Positions 50,201 through 62,200 of a DNA stretch of 64,000 nucleotides are shown here, piece after piece. The stretch is from Naegleria gruberi. Taxonomy: Eukaryota. The stretch lies in NCBI GenBank assembly GCA_000004985.1, contig GG738915.1; one strand, given 5' to 3'. The notes beneath the pieces were generated by a model. That model saw only the letters and a list, made by a program, of their open reading frames with translations, searched no databases and had not been told where the DNA came from. Within the stretch, counting starts at the first letter, position 1; the number at the start of each line of letters is the position of its first letter. Both the position numbers and the translations under genes were made by a program.

Positions 50201-53200
50201 NNNNNNNNNNNNNNNNNNNNNNNNNNNNNNNNNNNNNNNNNNNNNNNNNNNNNNNNNNNNNNNNNNNNNNNNNNNNNNNNNNNNNNNNNNNNNNNNNNNN
50301 NNNNNNNNNNNNNNNNNNNNNNNNNNNNNNNNNNNNNNNNNNNNNNNNNNNNNNNNNNNNNNNNNNNNNNNNNNNNNNNNNNNNNNNNNNNNNNNNNNNN
50401 NNNNNNNNNNNNNNNNNNNNNNNNNNNNNNNNNNNNNNNNNNNNNNNNNNNNNNNNNNNNNNNNNNNNNNNNNNNNNNNNNNNNNNNNNNNNNNNNNNNN
50501 NNNNNNNNNNNNNNNNNNNNNNNNNNNNNNNNNNNNNNNNNNNNNNNNNNNNNNNNNNNNNNNNNNNNNNNNNNNNNNNNNNNNNNNNNNNNNNNNNNNN
50601 NNNNNNNNNNNNNNNNNNNNNNNNNNNNNNNNNNNNNNNNNNNNNNNNNNNNNNNNNNNNNNNNNNNNNNNNNNNNNNNNNNNNNNNNNNNNNNNNNNNN
50701 NNNNNNNNNNNNNNNNNNNNNNNNNNNNNNNNNNNNNNNNNNNNNNNNNNNNNNNNNNNNNNNNNNNNNNNNNNNNNNNNNNNNNNNNNNNNNNNNNNNN
50801 NNNNNNNNNNNNNNNNNNNNNNNNNNNNNNNNNNNNNNNNNNNNNNNNNNNNNNNNNNNNNNNNNNNNNNNNNNNNNNNNNNNNNNNNNNNNNNNNNNNN
50901 NNNNNNNNNNNNNNNNNNNNNNNNNNNNNNNNNNNNNNNNNNNNNNNNNNNNNNNNNNNNNNNNNNNNNNNNNNNNNNNNNNNNNNNNNNNNNNNNNNNN
51001 NNNNNNNNNNNNNNNNNNNNNNNNNNNNNNNNNNNNNNNNNNNNNNNNNNNNNNNNNNNNNNNNNNNNNNNNNNNNNNNNNNNNNNNNNNNNNNNNNNNN
51101 NNNNNNNNNNNNNNNNNNNNNNNNNNNNNNNNNNNNNNNNNNNNNNNNNNNNNNNNNNNNNNNNNNNNNNNNNNNNNNNNNNNNNNNNNNNNNNNNNNNN
51201 NNNNNNNNNNNNNNNNNNNNNNNNNNNNNNNNNNNNNNNNNNNNNNNNNNNNNNNNNNNNNNNNNNNNNNNNNNNNNNNNNNNNNNNNNNNNNNNNNNNN
51301 NNNNNNNNNNNNNNNNNNNNNNNNNNNNNNNNNNNNNNNNNNNNNNNNNNNNNNNNNNNNNNNNNNNNNNNNNNNNNNNNNNNNNNNNNNNNNNNNNNNN
51401 NNNNNNNNNNNNNNNNNNNNNNNNNNNNNNNNNNNNNNNNNNNNNNNNNNNNNNNNNNNNNNNNNNNNNNNNNNNNNNNNNNNNNNNNNNNNNNNNNNNN
51501 NNNNNNNNNNNNNNNNNNNNNNNNNNNNNNNNNNNNNNNNNNNNNNNNNNNNNNNNNNNNNNNNNNNNNNNNNNNNNNNNNNNNNNNNNNNNNNNNNNNN
51601 NNNNNNNNNNNNNNNNNNNNNNNNNNNNNNNNNNNNNNNNNNNNNNNNNNNNNNNNNNNNNNNNNNNNNNNNNNNNNNNNNNNNNNNNNNNNNNNNNNNN
51701 NNNNNNNNNNNNNNNNNNNNNNNNNNNNNNNNNNNNNNNNNNNNNNNNNNNNNNNNNNNNNNNNNNNNNNNNNNNNNNNNNNNNNNNNNNNNNNNNNNNN
51801 NNNNNNNNNNNNNNNNNNNNNNNNNNNNNNNNNNNNNNNNNNNNNNNNNNNNNNNNNNNNNNNNNNNNNNNNNNNNNNNNNNNNNNNNNNNNNNNNNNNN
51901 NNNNNNNNNNNNNNNNNNNNNNNNNNNNNNNNNNNNNNNNNNNNNNNNNNNNNNNNNNNNNNNNNNNNNNNNNNNNNNNNNNNNNNNNNNNNNNNNNNNN
52001 NNNNNNNNNNNNNNNNNNNNNNNNNNNNNNNNNNNNNNNNNNNNNNNNNNNNNNNNNNNNNNNNNNNNNNNNNNNNNNNNNNNNNNNNNNNNNNNNNNNN
52101 NNNNNNNNNNNNNNNNNNNNNNNNNNNNNNNNNNNNNNNNNNNNNNNNNNNNNNNNNNNNNNNNNNNNNNNNNNNNNNNNNNNNNNNNNNNNNNNNNNNN
52201 NNNNNNNNNNNNNNNNNNNNNNNNNNNNNNNNNNNNNNNNNNNNNNNNNNNNNNNNNNNNNNNNNNNNNNNNNNNNNNNNNNNNNNNNNNNNNNNNNNNN
52301 NNNNNNNNNNNNNNNNNNNNNNNNNNNNNNNNNNNNNNNNNNNNNNNNNNNNNNNNNNNNNNNNNNNNNNNNNNNNNNNNNNNNNNNNNNNNNNNNNNNN
52401 NNNNNNNNNNNNNNNNNNNNNNNNNNNNNNNNNNNNNNNNNNNNNNNNNNNNNNNNNNNNNNNNNNNNNNNNNNNNNNNNNNNNNNNNNNNNNNNNNNNN
52501 NNNNNNNNNNNNNNNNNNNNNNNNNNNNNNNNNNNNNNNNNNNNNNNNNNNNNNNNNNNNNNNNNNNNNNNNNNNNNNNNNNNNNNNNNNNNNNNNNNNN
52601 NNNNNNNNNNNNNNNNNNNNNNNNNNNNNNNNNNNNNNNNNNNNNNNNNNNNNNNNNNNNNNNNNNNNNNNNNNNNNNNNNNNNNNNNNNNNNNNNNNNN
52701 NNNNNNNNNNNNNNNNNNNNNNNNNNNNNNNNNNNNNNNNNNNNNNNNNNNNNNNNNNNNNNNNNNNNNNNNNNNNNNNNNNNNNNNNNNNNNNNNNNNN
52801 NNNNNNNNNNNNNNNNNNNNNNNNNNNNNNNNNNNNNNNNNNNNNNNNNNNNNNNNNNNNNNNNNNNNNNNNNNNNNNNNNNNNNNNNNNNNNNNNNNNN
52901 NNNNNNNNNNNNNNNNNNNNNNNNNNNNNNNNNNNNNNNNNNNNNNNNNNNNNNNNNNNNNNNNNNNNNNNNNNNNNNNNNNNNNNNNNNNNNNNNNNNN
53001 NNNNNNNNNNNNNNNNNNNNNNNNNNNNNNNNNNNNNNNNNNNNNNNNNNNNNNNNNNNNNNNNNNNNNNNNNNNNNNNNNNNNNNNNNNNNNNNNNNNN
53101 NNNNNNNNNNNNNNNNNNNNNNNNNNNNNNNNNNNNNNNNNNNNNNNNNNNNNNNNNNNNNNNNNNNNNNNNNNNNNNNNNNNNNNNNNNNNNNNNNNNN

Positions 53201-56200
53201 NNNNNNNNNNNNNNNNNNNNNNNNNNNNNNNNNNNNNNNNNNNNNNNNNNNNNNNNNNNNNNNNNNNNNNNNNNNNNNNNNNNNNNNNNNNNNNNNNNNN
53301 NNNNNNNNNNNNNNNNNNNNNNNNNNNNNNNNNNNNNNNNNNNNNNNNNNNNNNNNNNNNNNNNNNNNNNNNNNNNNNNNNNNNNNNNNNNNNNNNNNNN
53401 NNNNNNNNNNNNNNNNNNNNNNNNNNNNNNNNNNNNNNNNNNNNNNNNNNNNNNNNNNNNNNNNNNNNNNNNNNNNNNNNNNNNNNNNNNNNNNNNNNNN
53501 NNNNNNNNNNNNNNNNNNNNNNNNNNNNNNNNNNNNNNNNNNNNNNNNNNNNNNNNNNNNNNNNNNNNNNNNNNNNNNNNNNNNNNNNNNNNNNNNNNNN
53601 NNNNNNNNNNNNNNNNNNNNNNNNNNNNNNNNNNNNNNNNNNNNNNNNNNNNNNNNNNNNNNNNNNNNNNNNNNNNNNNNNNNNNNNNNNNNNNNNNNNN
53701 NNNNNNNNNNNNNNNNNNNNNNNNNNNNNNNNNNNNNNNNNNNNNNNNNNNNNNNNNNNNNNNNNNNNNNNNNNNNNNNNNNNNNNNNNNNNNNNNNNNN
53801 NNNNNNNNNNNNNNNNNNNNNNNNNNNNNNNNNNNNNNNNNNNNNNNNNNNNNNNNNNNNNNNNNNNNNNNNNNNNNNNNNNNNNNNNNNNNNNNNNNNN
53901 NNNNNNNNNNNNNNNNNNNNNNNNNNNNNNNNNNNNNNNNNNNNNNNNNNNNNNNNNNNNNNNNNNNNNNNNNNNNNNNNNNNNNNNNNNNNNNNNNNNN
54001 NNNNNNNNNNNNNNNNNNNNNNNNNNNNNNNNNNNNNNNNNNNNNNNNNNNNNNNNNNNNNNNNNNNNNNNNNNNNNNNNNNNNNNNNNNNNNNNNNNNN
54101 NNNNNNNNNNNNNNNNNNNNNNNNNNNNNNNNNNNNNNNNNNNNNNNNNNNNNNNNNNNNNNNNNNNNNNNNNNNNNNNNNNNNNNNNNNNNNNNNNNNN
54201 NNNNNNNNNNNNNNNNNNNNNNNNNNNNNNNNNNNNNNNNNNNNNNNNNNNNNNNNNNNNNNNNNNNNNNNNNNNNNNNNNNNNNNNNNNNNNNNNNNNN
54301 NNNNNNNNNNNNNNNNNNNNNNNNNNNNNNNNNNNNNNNNNNNNNNNNNNNNNNNNNNNNNNNNNNNNNNNNNNNNNNNNNNNNNNNNNNNNNNNNNNNN
54401 NNNNNNNNNNNNNNNNNNNNNNNNNNNNNNNNNNNNNNNNNNNNNNNNNNNNNNNNNNNNNNNNNNNNNNNNNNNNNNNNNNNNNNNNNNNNNNNNNNNN
54501 NNNNNNNNNNNNNNNNNNNNNNNNNNNNNNNNNNNNNNNNNNNNNNNNNNNNNNNNNNNNNNNNNNNNNNNNNNNNNNNNNNNNNNNNNNNNNNNNNNNN
54601 NNNNNNNNNNNNNNNNNNNNNNNNNNNNNNNNNNNNNNNNNNNNNNNNNNNNNNNNNNNNNNNNNNNNNNNNNNNNNNNNNNNNNNNNNNNNNNNNNNNN
54701 NNNNNNNNNNNNNNNNNNNNNNNNNNNNNNNNNNNNNNNNNNNNNNNNNNNNNNNNNNNNNNNNNNNNNNNNNNNNNNNNNNNNNNNNNNNNNNNNNNNN
54801 NNNNNNNNNNNNNNNNNNNNNNNNNNNNNNNNNNNNNNNNNNNNNNNNNNNNNNNNNNNNNNNNNNNNNNNNNNNNNNNNNNNNNNNNNNNNNNNNNNNN
54901 NNNNNNNNNNNNNNNNNNNNNNNNNNNNNNNNNNNNNNNNNNNNNNNNNNNNNNNNNNNNNNNNNNNNNNNNNNNNNNNNNNNNNNNNNNNNNNNNNNNN
55001 NNNNNNNNNNNNNNNNNNNNNNNNNNNNNNNNNNNNNNNNNNNNNNNNNNNNNNNNNNNNNNNNNNNNNNNNNNNNNNNNNNNNNNNNNNNNNNNNNNNN
55101 NNNNNNNNNNNNNNNNNNNNNNNNNNNNNNNNNNNNNNNNNNNNNNNNNNNNNNNNNNNNNNNNNNNNNNNNNNNNNNNNNNNNNNNNNNNNNNNNNNNN
55201 NNNNNNNNNNNNNNNNNNNNNNNNNNNNNNNNNNNNNNNNNNNNNNNNNNNNNNNNNNNNNNNNNNNNNNNNNNNNNNNNNNNNNNNNNNNNNNNNNNNN
55301 NNNNNNNNNNNNNNNNNNNNNNNNNNNNNNNNNNNNNNNNNNNNNNNNNNNNNNNNNNNNNNNNNNNNNNNNNNNNNNNNNNNNNNNNNNNNNNNNNNNN
55401 NNNNNNNNNNNNNNNNNNNNNNNNNNNNNNNNNNNNNNNNNNNNNNNNNNNNNNNNNNNNNNNNNNNNNNNNNNNNNNNNNNNNNNNNNNNNNNNNNNNN
55501 NNNNNNNNNNNNNNNNNNNNNNNNNNNNNNNNNNNNNNNNNNNNNNNNNNNNNNNNNNNNNNNNNNNNNNNNNNNNNNNNNNNNNNNNNNNNNNNNNNNN
55601 NNNNNNNNNNNNNNNNNNNNNNNNNNNNNNNNNNNNNNNNNNNNNNNNNNNNNNNNNNNNNNNNNNNNNNNNNNNNNNNNNNNNNNNNNNNNNNNNNNNN
55701 NNNNNNNNNNNNNNNNNNNNNNNNNNNNNNNNNNNNNNNNNNNNNNNNNNNNNNNNNNNNNNNNNNNNNNNNNNNNNNNNNNNNNNNNNNNNNNNNNNNN
55801 NNNNNNNNNNNNNNNNNNNNNNNNNNNNNNNNNNNNNNNNNNNNNNNNNNNNNNNNNNNNNNNNNNNNNNNNNNNNNNNNNNNNNNNNNNNNNNNNNNNN
55901 NNNNNNNNNNNNNNNNNNNNNNNNNNNNNNNNNNNNNNNNNNNNNNNNNNNNNNNNNNNNNNNNNNNNNNNNNNNNNNNNNNNNNNNNNNNNNNNNNNNN
56001 NNNNNNNNNNNNNNNNNNNNNNNNNNNNNNNNNNNNNNNNNNNNNNNNNNNNNNNNNNNNNNNNNNNNNNNNNNNNNNNNNNNNNNNNNNNNNNNNNNNN
56101 NNNNNNNNNNNNNNNNNNNNNNNNNNNNNNNNNNNNNNNNNNNNNNNNNNNNNNNNNNNNNNNNNNNNNNNNNNNNNNNNNNNNNNNNNNNNNNNNNNNN

Positions 56201-59200
56201 NNNNNNNNNNNNNNNNNNNNNNNNNNNNNNNNNNNNNNNNNNNNNNNNNNNNNNNNNNNNNNNNNNNNNNNNNNNNNNNNNNNNNNNNNNNNNNNNNNNN
56301 NNNNNNNNNNNNNNNNNNNNNNNNNNNNNNNNNNNNNNNNNNNNNNNNNNNNNNNNNNNNNNNNNNNNNNNNNNNNNNNNNNNNNNNNNNNNNNNNNNNN
56401 NNNNNNNNNNNNNNNNNNNNNNNNNNNNNNNNNNNNNNNNNNNNNNNNNNNNNNNNNNNNNNNNNNNNNNNNNNNNNNNNNNNNNNNNNNNNNNNNNNNN
56501 NNNNNNNNNNNNNNNNNNNNNNNNNNNNNNNNNNNNNNNNNNNNNNNNNNNNNNNNNNNNNNNNNNNNNNNNNNNNNNNNNNNNNNNNNNNNNNNNNNNN
56601 NNNNNNNNNNNNNNNNNNNNNNNNNNNNNNNNNNNNNNNNNNNNNNNNNNNNNNNNNNNNNNNNNNNNNNNNNNNNNNNNNNNNNNNNNNNNNNNNNNNN
56701 NNNNNNNNNNNNNNNNNNNNNNNNNNNNNNNNNNNNNNNNNNNNNNNNNNNNNNNNNNNNNNNNNNNNNNNNNNNNNNNNNNNNNNNNNNNNNNNNNNNN
56801 NNNNNNNNNNNNNNNNNNNNNNNNNNNNNNNNNNNNNNNNNNNNNNNNNNNNNNNNNNNNNNNNNNNNNNNNNNNNNNNNNNNNNNNNNNNNNNNNNNNN
56901 NNNNNNNNNNNNNNNNNNNNNNNNNNNNNNNNNNNNNNNNNNNNNNNNNNNNNNNNNNNNNNNNNNNNNNNNNNNNNNNNNNNNNNNNNNNNNNNNNNNN
57001 NNNNNNNNNNNNNNNNNNNNNNNNNNNNNNNNNNNNNNNNNNNNNNNNNNNNNNNNNNNNNNNNNNNNNNNNNNNNNNNNNNNNNNNNNNNNNNNNNNNN
57101 NNNNNNNNNNNNNNNNNNNNNNNNNNNNNNNNNNNNNNNNNNNNNNNNNNNNNNNNNNNNNNNNNNNNNNNNNNNNNNNNNNNNNNNNNNNNNNNNNNNN
57201 NNNNNNNNNNNNNNNNNNNNNNNNNNNNNNNNNNNNNNNNNNNNNNNNNNNNNNNNNNNNNNNNNNNNNNNNNNNNNNNNNNNNNNNNNNNNNNNNNNNN
57301 NNNNNNNNNNNNNNNNNNNNNNNNNNNNNNNNNNNNNNNNNNNNNNNNNNNNNNNNNNNNNNNNNNNNNNNNNNNNNNNNNNNNNNNNNNNNNNNNNNNN
57401 NNNNNNNNNNNNNNNNNNNNNNNNNNNNNNNNNNNNNNNNNNNNNNNNNNNNNNNNNNNNNNNNNNNNNNNNNNNNNNNNNNNNNNNNNNNNNNNNNNNN
57501 NNNNNNNNNNNNNNNNNNNNNNNNNNNNNNNNNNNNNNNNNNNNNNNNNNNNNNNNNNNNNNNNNNNNNNNNNNNNNNNNNNNNNNNNNNNNNNNNNNNN
57601 NNNNNNNNNNNNNNNNNNNNNNNNNNNNNNNNNNNNNNNNNNNNNNNNNNNNNNNNNNNNNNNNNNNNNNNNNNNNNNNNNNNNNNNNNNNNNNNNNNNN
57701 NNNNNNNNNNNNNNNNNNNNNNNNNNNNNNNNNNNNNNNNNNNNNNNNNNNNNNNNNNNNNNNNNNNNNNNNNNNNNNNNNNNNNNNNNNNNNNNNNNNN
57801 NNNNNNNNNNNNNNNNNNNNNNNNNNNNNNNNNNNNNNNNNNNNNNNNNNNNNNNNNNNNNNNNNNNNNNNNNNNNNNNNNNNNNNNNNNNNNNNNNNNN
57901 NNNNNNNNNNNNNNNNNNNNNNNNNNNNNNNNNNNNNNNNNNNNNNNNNNNNNNNNNNNNNNNNNNNNNNNNNNNNNNNNNNNNNNNNNNNNNNNNNNNN
58001 NNNNNNNNNNNNNNNNNNNNNNNNNNNNNNNNNNNNNNNNNNNNNNNNNNNNNNNNNNNNNNNNNNNNNNNNNNNNNNNNNNNNNNNNNNNNNNNNNNNN
58101 NNNNNNNNNNNNNNNNNNNNNNNNNNNNNNNNNNNNNNNNNNNNNNNNNNNNNNNNNNNNNNNNNNNNNNNNNNNNNNNNNNNNNNNNNNNNNNNNNNNN
58201 NNNNNNNNNNNNNNNNNNNNNNNNNNNNNNNNNNNNNNNNNNNNNNNNNNNNNNNNNNNNNNNNNNNNNNNNNNNNNNNNNNNNNNNNNNNNNNNNNNNN
58301 NNNNNNNNNNNNNNNNNNNNNNNNNNNNNNNNNNNNNNNNNNNNNNNNNNNNNNNNNNNNNNNNNNNNNNNNNNNNNNNNNNNNNNNNNNNNNNNNNNNN
58401 NNNNNNNNNNNNNNNNNNNNNNNNNNNNNNNNNNNNNNNNNNNNNNNNNNNNNNNNNNNNNNNNNNNNNNNNNNNNNNNNNNNNNNNNNNNNNNNNNNNN
58501 NNNNNNNNNNNNNNNNNNNNNNNNNNNNNNNNNNNNNNNNNNNNNNNNNNNNNNNNNNNNNNNNNNNNNNNNNNNNNNNNNNNNNNNNNNNNNNNNNNNN
58601 NNNNNNNNNNNNNNNNNNNNNNNNNNNNNNNNNNNNNNNNNNNNNNNNNNNNNNNNNNNNNNNNNNNNNNNNNNNNNNNNNNNNNNNNNNNNNNNNNNNN
58701 NNNNNNNNNNNNNNNNNNNNNNNNNNNNNNNNNNNNNNNNNNNNNNNNNNNNNNNNNNNNNNNNNNNNNNNNNNNNNNNNNNNNNNNNNNNNNNNNNNNN
58801 NNNNNNNNNNNNNNNNNNNNNNNNNNNNNNNNNNNNNNNNNNNNNNNNNNNNNNNNNNNNNNNNNNNNNNNNNNNNNNNNNNNNNNNNNNNNNNNNNNNN
58901 NNNNNNNNNNNNNNNNNNNNNNNNNNNNNNNNNNNNNNNNNNNNNNNNNNNNNNNNNNNNNNNNNNNNNNNNNNNNNNNNNNNNNNNNNNNNNNNNNNNN
59001 NNNNNNNNNNNNNNNNNNNNNNNNNNNNNNNNNNNNNNNNNNNNNNNNNNNNNNNNNNNNNNNNNNNNNNNNNNNNNNNNNNNNNNNNNNNNNNNNNNNN
59101 NNNNNNNNNNNNNNNNNNNNNNNNNNNNNNNNNNNNNNNNNNNNNNNNNNNNNNNNNNNNNNNNNNNNNNNNNNNNNNNNNNNNNNNNNNNNNNNNNNNN

Positions 59201-62200
59201 NNNNNNNNNNNNNNNNNNNNNNNNNNNNNNNNNNNNNNNNNNNNNNNNNNNNNNNNNNNNNNNNNNNNNNNNNNNNNNNNNNNNNNNNNNNNNNNNNNNN
59301 NNNNNNNNNNNNNNNNNNNNNNNNNNNNNNNNNNNNNNNNNNNNNNNNNNNNNNNNNNNNNNNNNNNNNNNNNNNNNNNNNNNNNNNNNNNNNNNNNNNN
59401 NNNNNNNNNNNNNNNNNNNNNNNNNNNNNNNNNNNNNNNNNNNNNNNNNNNNNNNNNNNNNNNNNNNNNNNNNNNNNNNNNNNNNNNNNNNNNNNNNNNN
59501 NNNNNNNNNNNNNNNNNNNNNNNNNNNNNNNNNNNNNNNNNNNNNNNNNNNNNNNNNNNNNNNNNNNNNNNNNNNNNNNNNNNNNNNNNNNNNNNNNNNN
59601 NNNNNNNNNNNNNNNNNNNNNNNNNNNNNNNNNNNNNNNNNNNNNNNNNNNNNNNNNNNNNNNNNNNNNNNNNNNNNNNNNNNNNNNNNNNNNNNNNNNN
59701 NNNNNNNNNNNNNNNNNNNNNNNNNNNNNNNNNNNNNNNNNNNNNNNNNNNNNNNNNNNNNNNNNNNNNNNNNNNNNNNNNNNNNNNNNNNNNNNNNNNN
59801 NNNNNNNNNNNNNNNNNNNNNNNNNNNNNNNNNNNNNNNNNNNNNNNNNNNNNNNNNNNNNNNNNNNNNNNNNNNNNNNNNNNNNNNNNNNNNNNNNNNN
59901 NNNNNNNNNNNNNNNNNNNNNNNNNNNNNNNNNNNNNNNNNNNNNNNNNNNNNNNNNNNNNNNNNNNNNNNNNNNNNNNNNNNNNNNNNNNNNNNNNNNN
60001 NNNNNNNNNNNNNNNNNNNNNNNNNNNNNNNNNNNNNNNNNNNNNNNNNNNNNNNNNNNNNNNNNNNNNNNNNNNNNNNNNNNNNNNNNNNNNNNNNNNN
60101 NNNNNNNNNNNNNNNNNNNNNNNNNNNNNNNNNNNNNNNNNNNNNNNNNNNNNNNNNNNNNNNNNNNNNNNNNNNNNNNNNNNNNNNNNNNNNNNNNNNN
60201 NNNNNNNNNNNNNNNNNNNNNNNNNNNNNNNNNNNNNNNNNNNNNNNNNNNNNNNNNNNNNNNNNNNNNNNNNNNNNNNNNNNNNNNNNNNNNNNNNNNN
60301 NNNNNNNNNNNNNNNNNNNNNNNNNNNNNNNNNNNNNNNNNNNNNNNNNNNNNNNNNNNNNNNNNNNNNNNNNNNNNNNNNNNNNNNNNNNNNNNNNNNN
60401 NNNNNNNNNNNNNNNNNNNNNNNNNNNNNNNNNNNNNNNNNNNNNNNNNNNNNNNNNNNNNNNNNNNNNNNNNNNNNNNNNNNNNNNNNNNNNNNNNNNN
60501 NNNNNNNNNNNNNNNNNNNNNNNNNNNNNNNNNNNNNNNNNNNNNNNNNNNNNNNNNNNNNNNNNNNNNNNNNNNNNNNNNNNNNNNNNNNNNNNNNNNN
60601 NNNNNNNNNNNNNNNNNNNNNNNNNNNNNNNNNNNNNNNNNNNNNNNNNNNNNNNNNNNNNNNNNNNNNNNNNNNNNNNNNNNNNNNNNNNNNNNNNNNN
60701 NNNNNNNNNNNNNNNNNNNNNNNNNNNNNNNNNNNNNNNNNNNNNNNNNNNNNNNNNNNNNNNNNNNNNNNNNNNNNNNNNNNNNNNNNNNNNNNNNNNN
60801 NNNNNNNNNNNNNNNNNNNNNNNNNNNNNNNNNNNNNNNNNNNNNNNNNNNNNNNNNNNNNNNNNNNNNNNNNNNNNNNNNNNNNNNNNNNNNNNNNNNN
60901 NNNNNNNNNNNNNNNNNNNNNNNNNNNNNNNNNNNNNNNNNNNNNNNNNNNNNNNNNNNNNNNNNNNNNNNNNNNNNNNNNNNNNNNNNNNNNNNNNNNN
61001 NNNNNNNNNNNNNNNNNNNNNNNNNNNNNNNNNNNNNNNNNNNNNNNNNNNNNNNNNNNNNNNNNNNNNNNNNNNNNNNNNNNNNNNNNNNNNNNNNNNN
61101 NNNNNNNNNNNNNNNNNNNNNNNNNNNNNNNNNNNNNNNNNNNNNNNNNNNNNNNNNNNNNNNNNNNNNNNNNNNNNNNNNNNNNNNNNNNNNNNNNNNN
61201 NNNNNNNNNNNNNNNNNNNNNNNNNNNNNNNNNNNNNNNNNNNNNNNNNNNNNNNNNNNNNNNNNNNNNNNNNNNNNNNNNNNNNNNNNNNNNNNNNNNN
61301 NNNNNNNNNNNNNNNNNNNNNNNNNNNNNNNNNNNNNNNNNNNNNNNNNNNNNNNNNNNNNNNNNNNNNNNNNNNNNNNNNNNNNNNNNNNNNNNNNNNN
61401 NNNNNNNNNNNNNNNNNNNNNNNNNNNNNNNNNNNNNNNNNNNNNNNNNNNNNNNNNNNNNNNNNNNNNNNNNNNNNNNNNNNNNNNNNNNNNNNNNNNN
61501 NNNNNNNNNNNNNNNNNNNNNNNNNNNNNNNNNNNNNNNNNNNNNNNNNNNNNNNNNNNNNNNNNNNNNNNNNNNNNNNNNNNNNNNNNNNNNNNNNNNN
61601 NNNNNNNNNNNNNNNNNNNNNNNNNNNNNNNNNNNNNNNNNNNNNNNNNNNNNNNNNNNNNNNNNNNNNNNNNNNNNNNNNNNNNNNNNNNNNNNNNNNN
61701 NNNNNNNNNNNNNNNNNNNNNNNNNNNNNNNNNNNNNNNNNNNNNNNNNNNNNNNNNNNNNNNNNNNNNNNNNNNNNNNNNNNNNNNNNNNNNNNNNNNN
61801 NNNNNNNNNNNNNNNNNNNNNNNNNNNNNNNNNNNNNNNNNNNNNNNNNNNNNNNNNNNNNNNNNNNNNNNNNNNNNNNNNNNNNNNNNNNNNNNNNNNN
61901 NNNNNNNNNNNNNNNNNNNNNNNNNNNNNNNNNNNNNNNNNNNNNNNNNNNNNNNNNNNNNNNNNNNNNNNNNNNNNNNNNNNNNNNNNNNNNNNNNNNN
62001 NNNNNNNNNNNNNNNNNNNNNNNNNNNNNNNNNNNNNNNNNNNNNNNNNNNNNNNNNNNNNNNNNNNNNNNNNNNNNNNNNNNNNNNNNNNNNNNNNNNN
62101 NNNNNNNNNNNNNNNNNNNNNNNNNNNNNNNNNNNNNNNNNNNNNNNNNNNNNNNNNNNNNNNNNNNNNNNNNNNNNNNNNNNNNNNNNNNNNNNNNNNN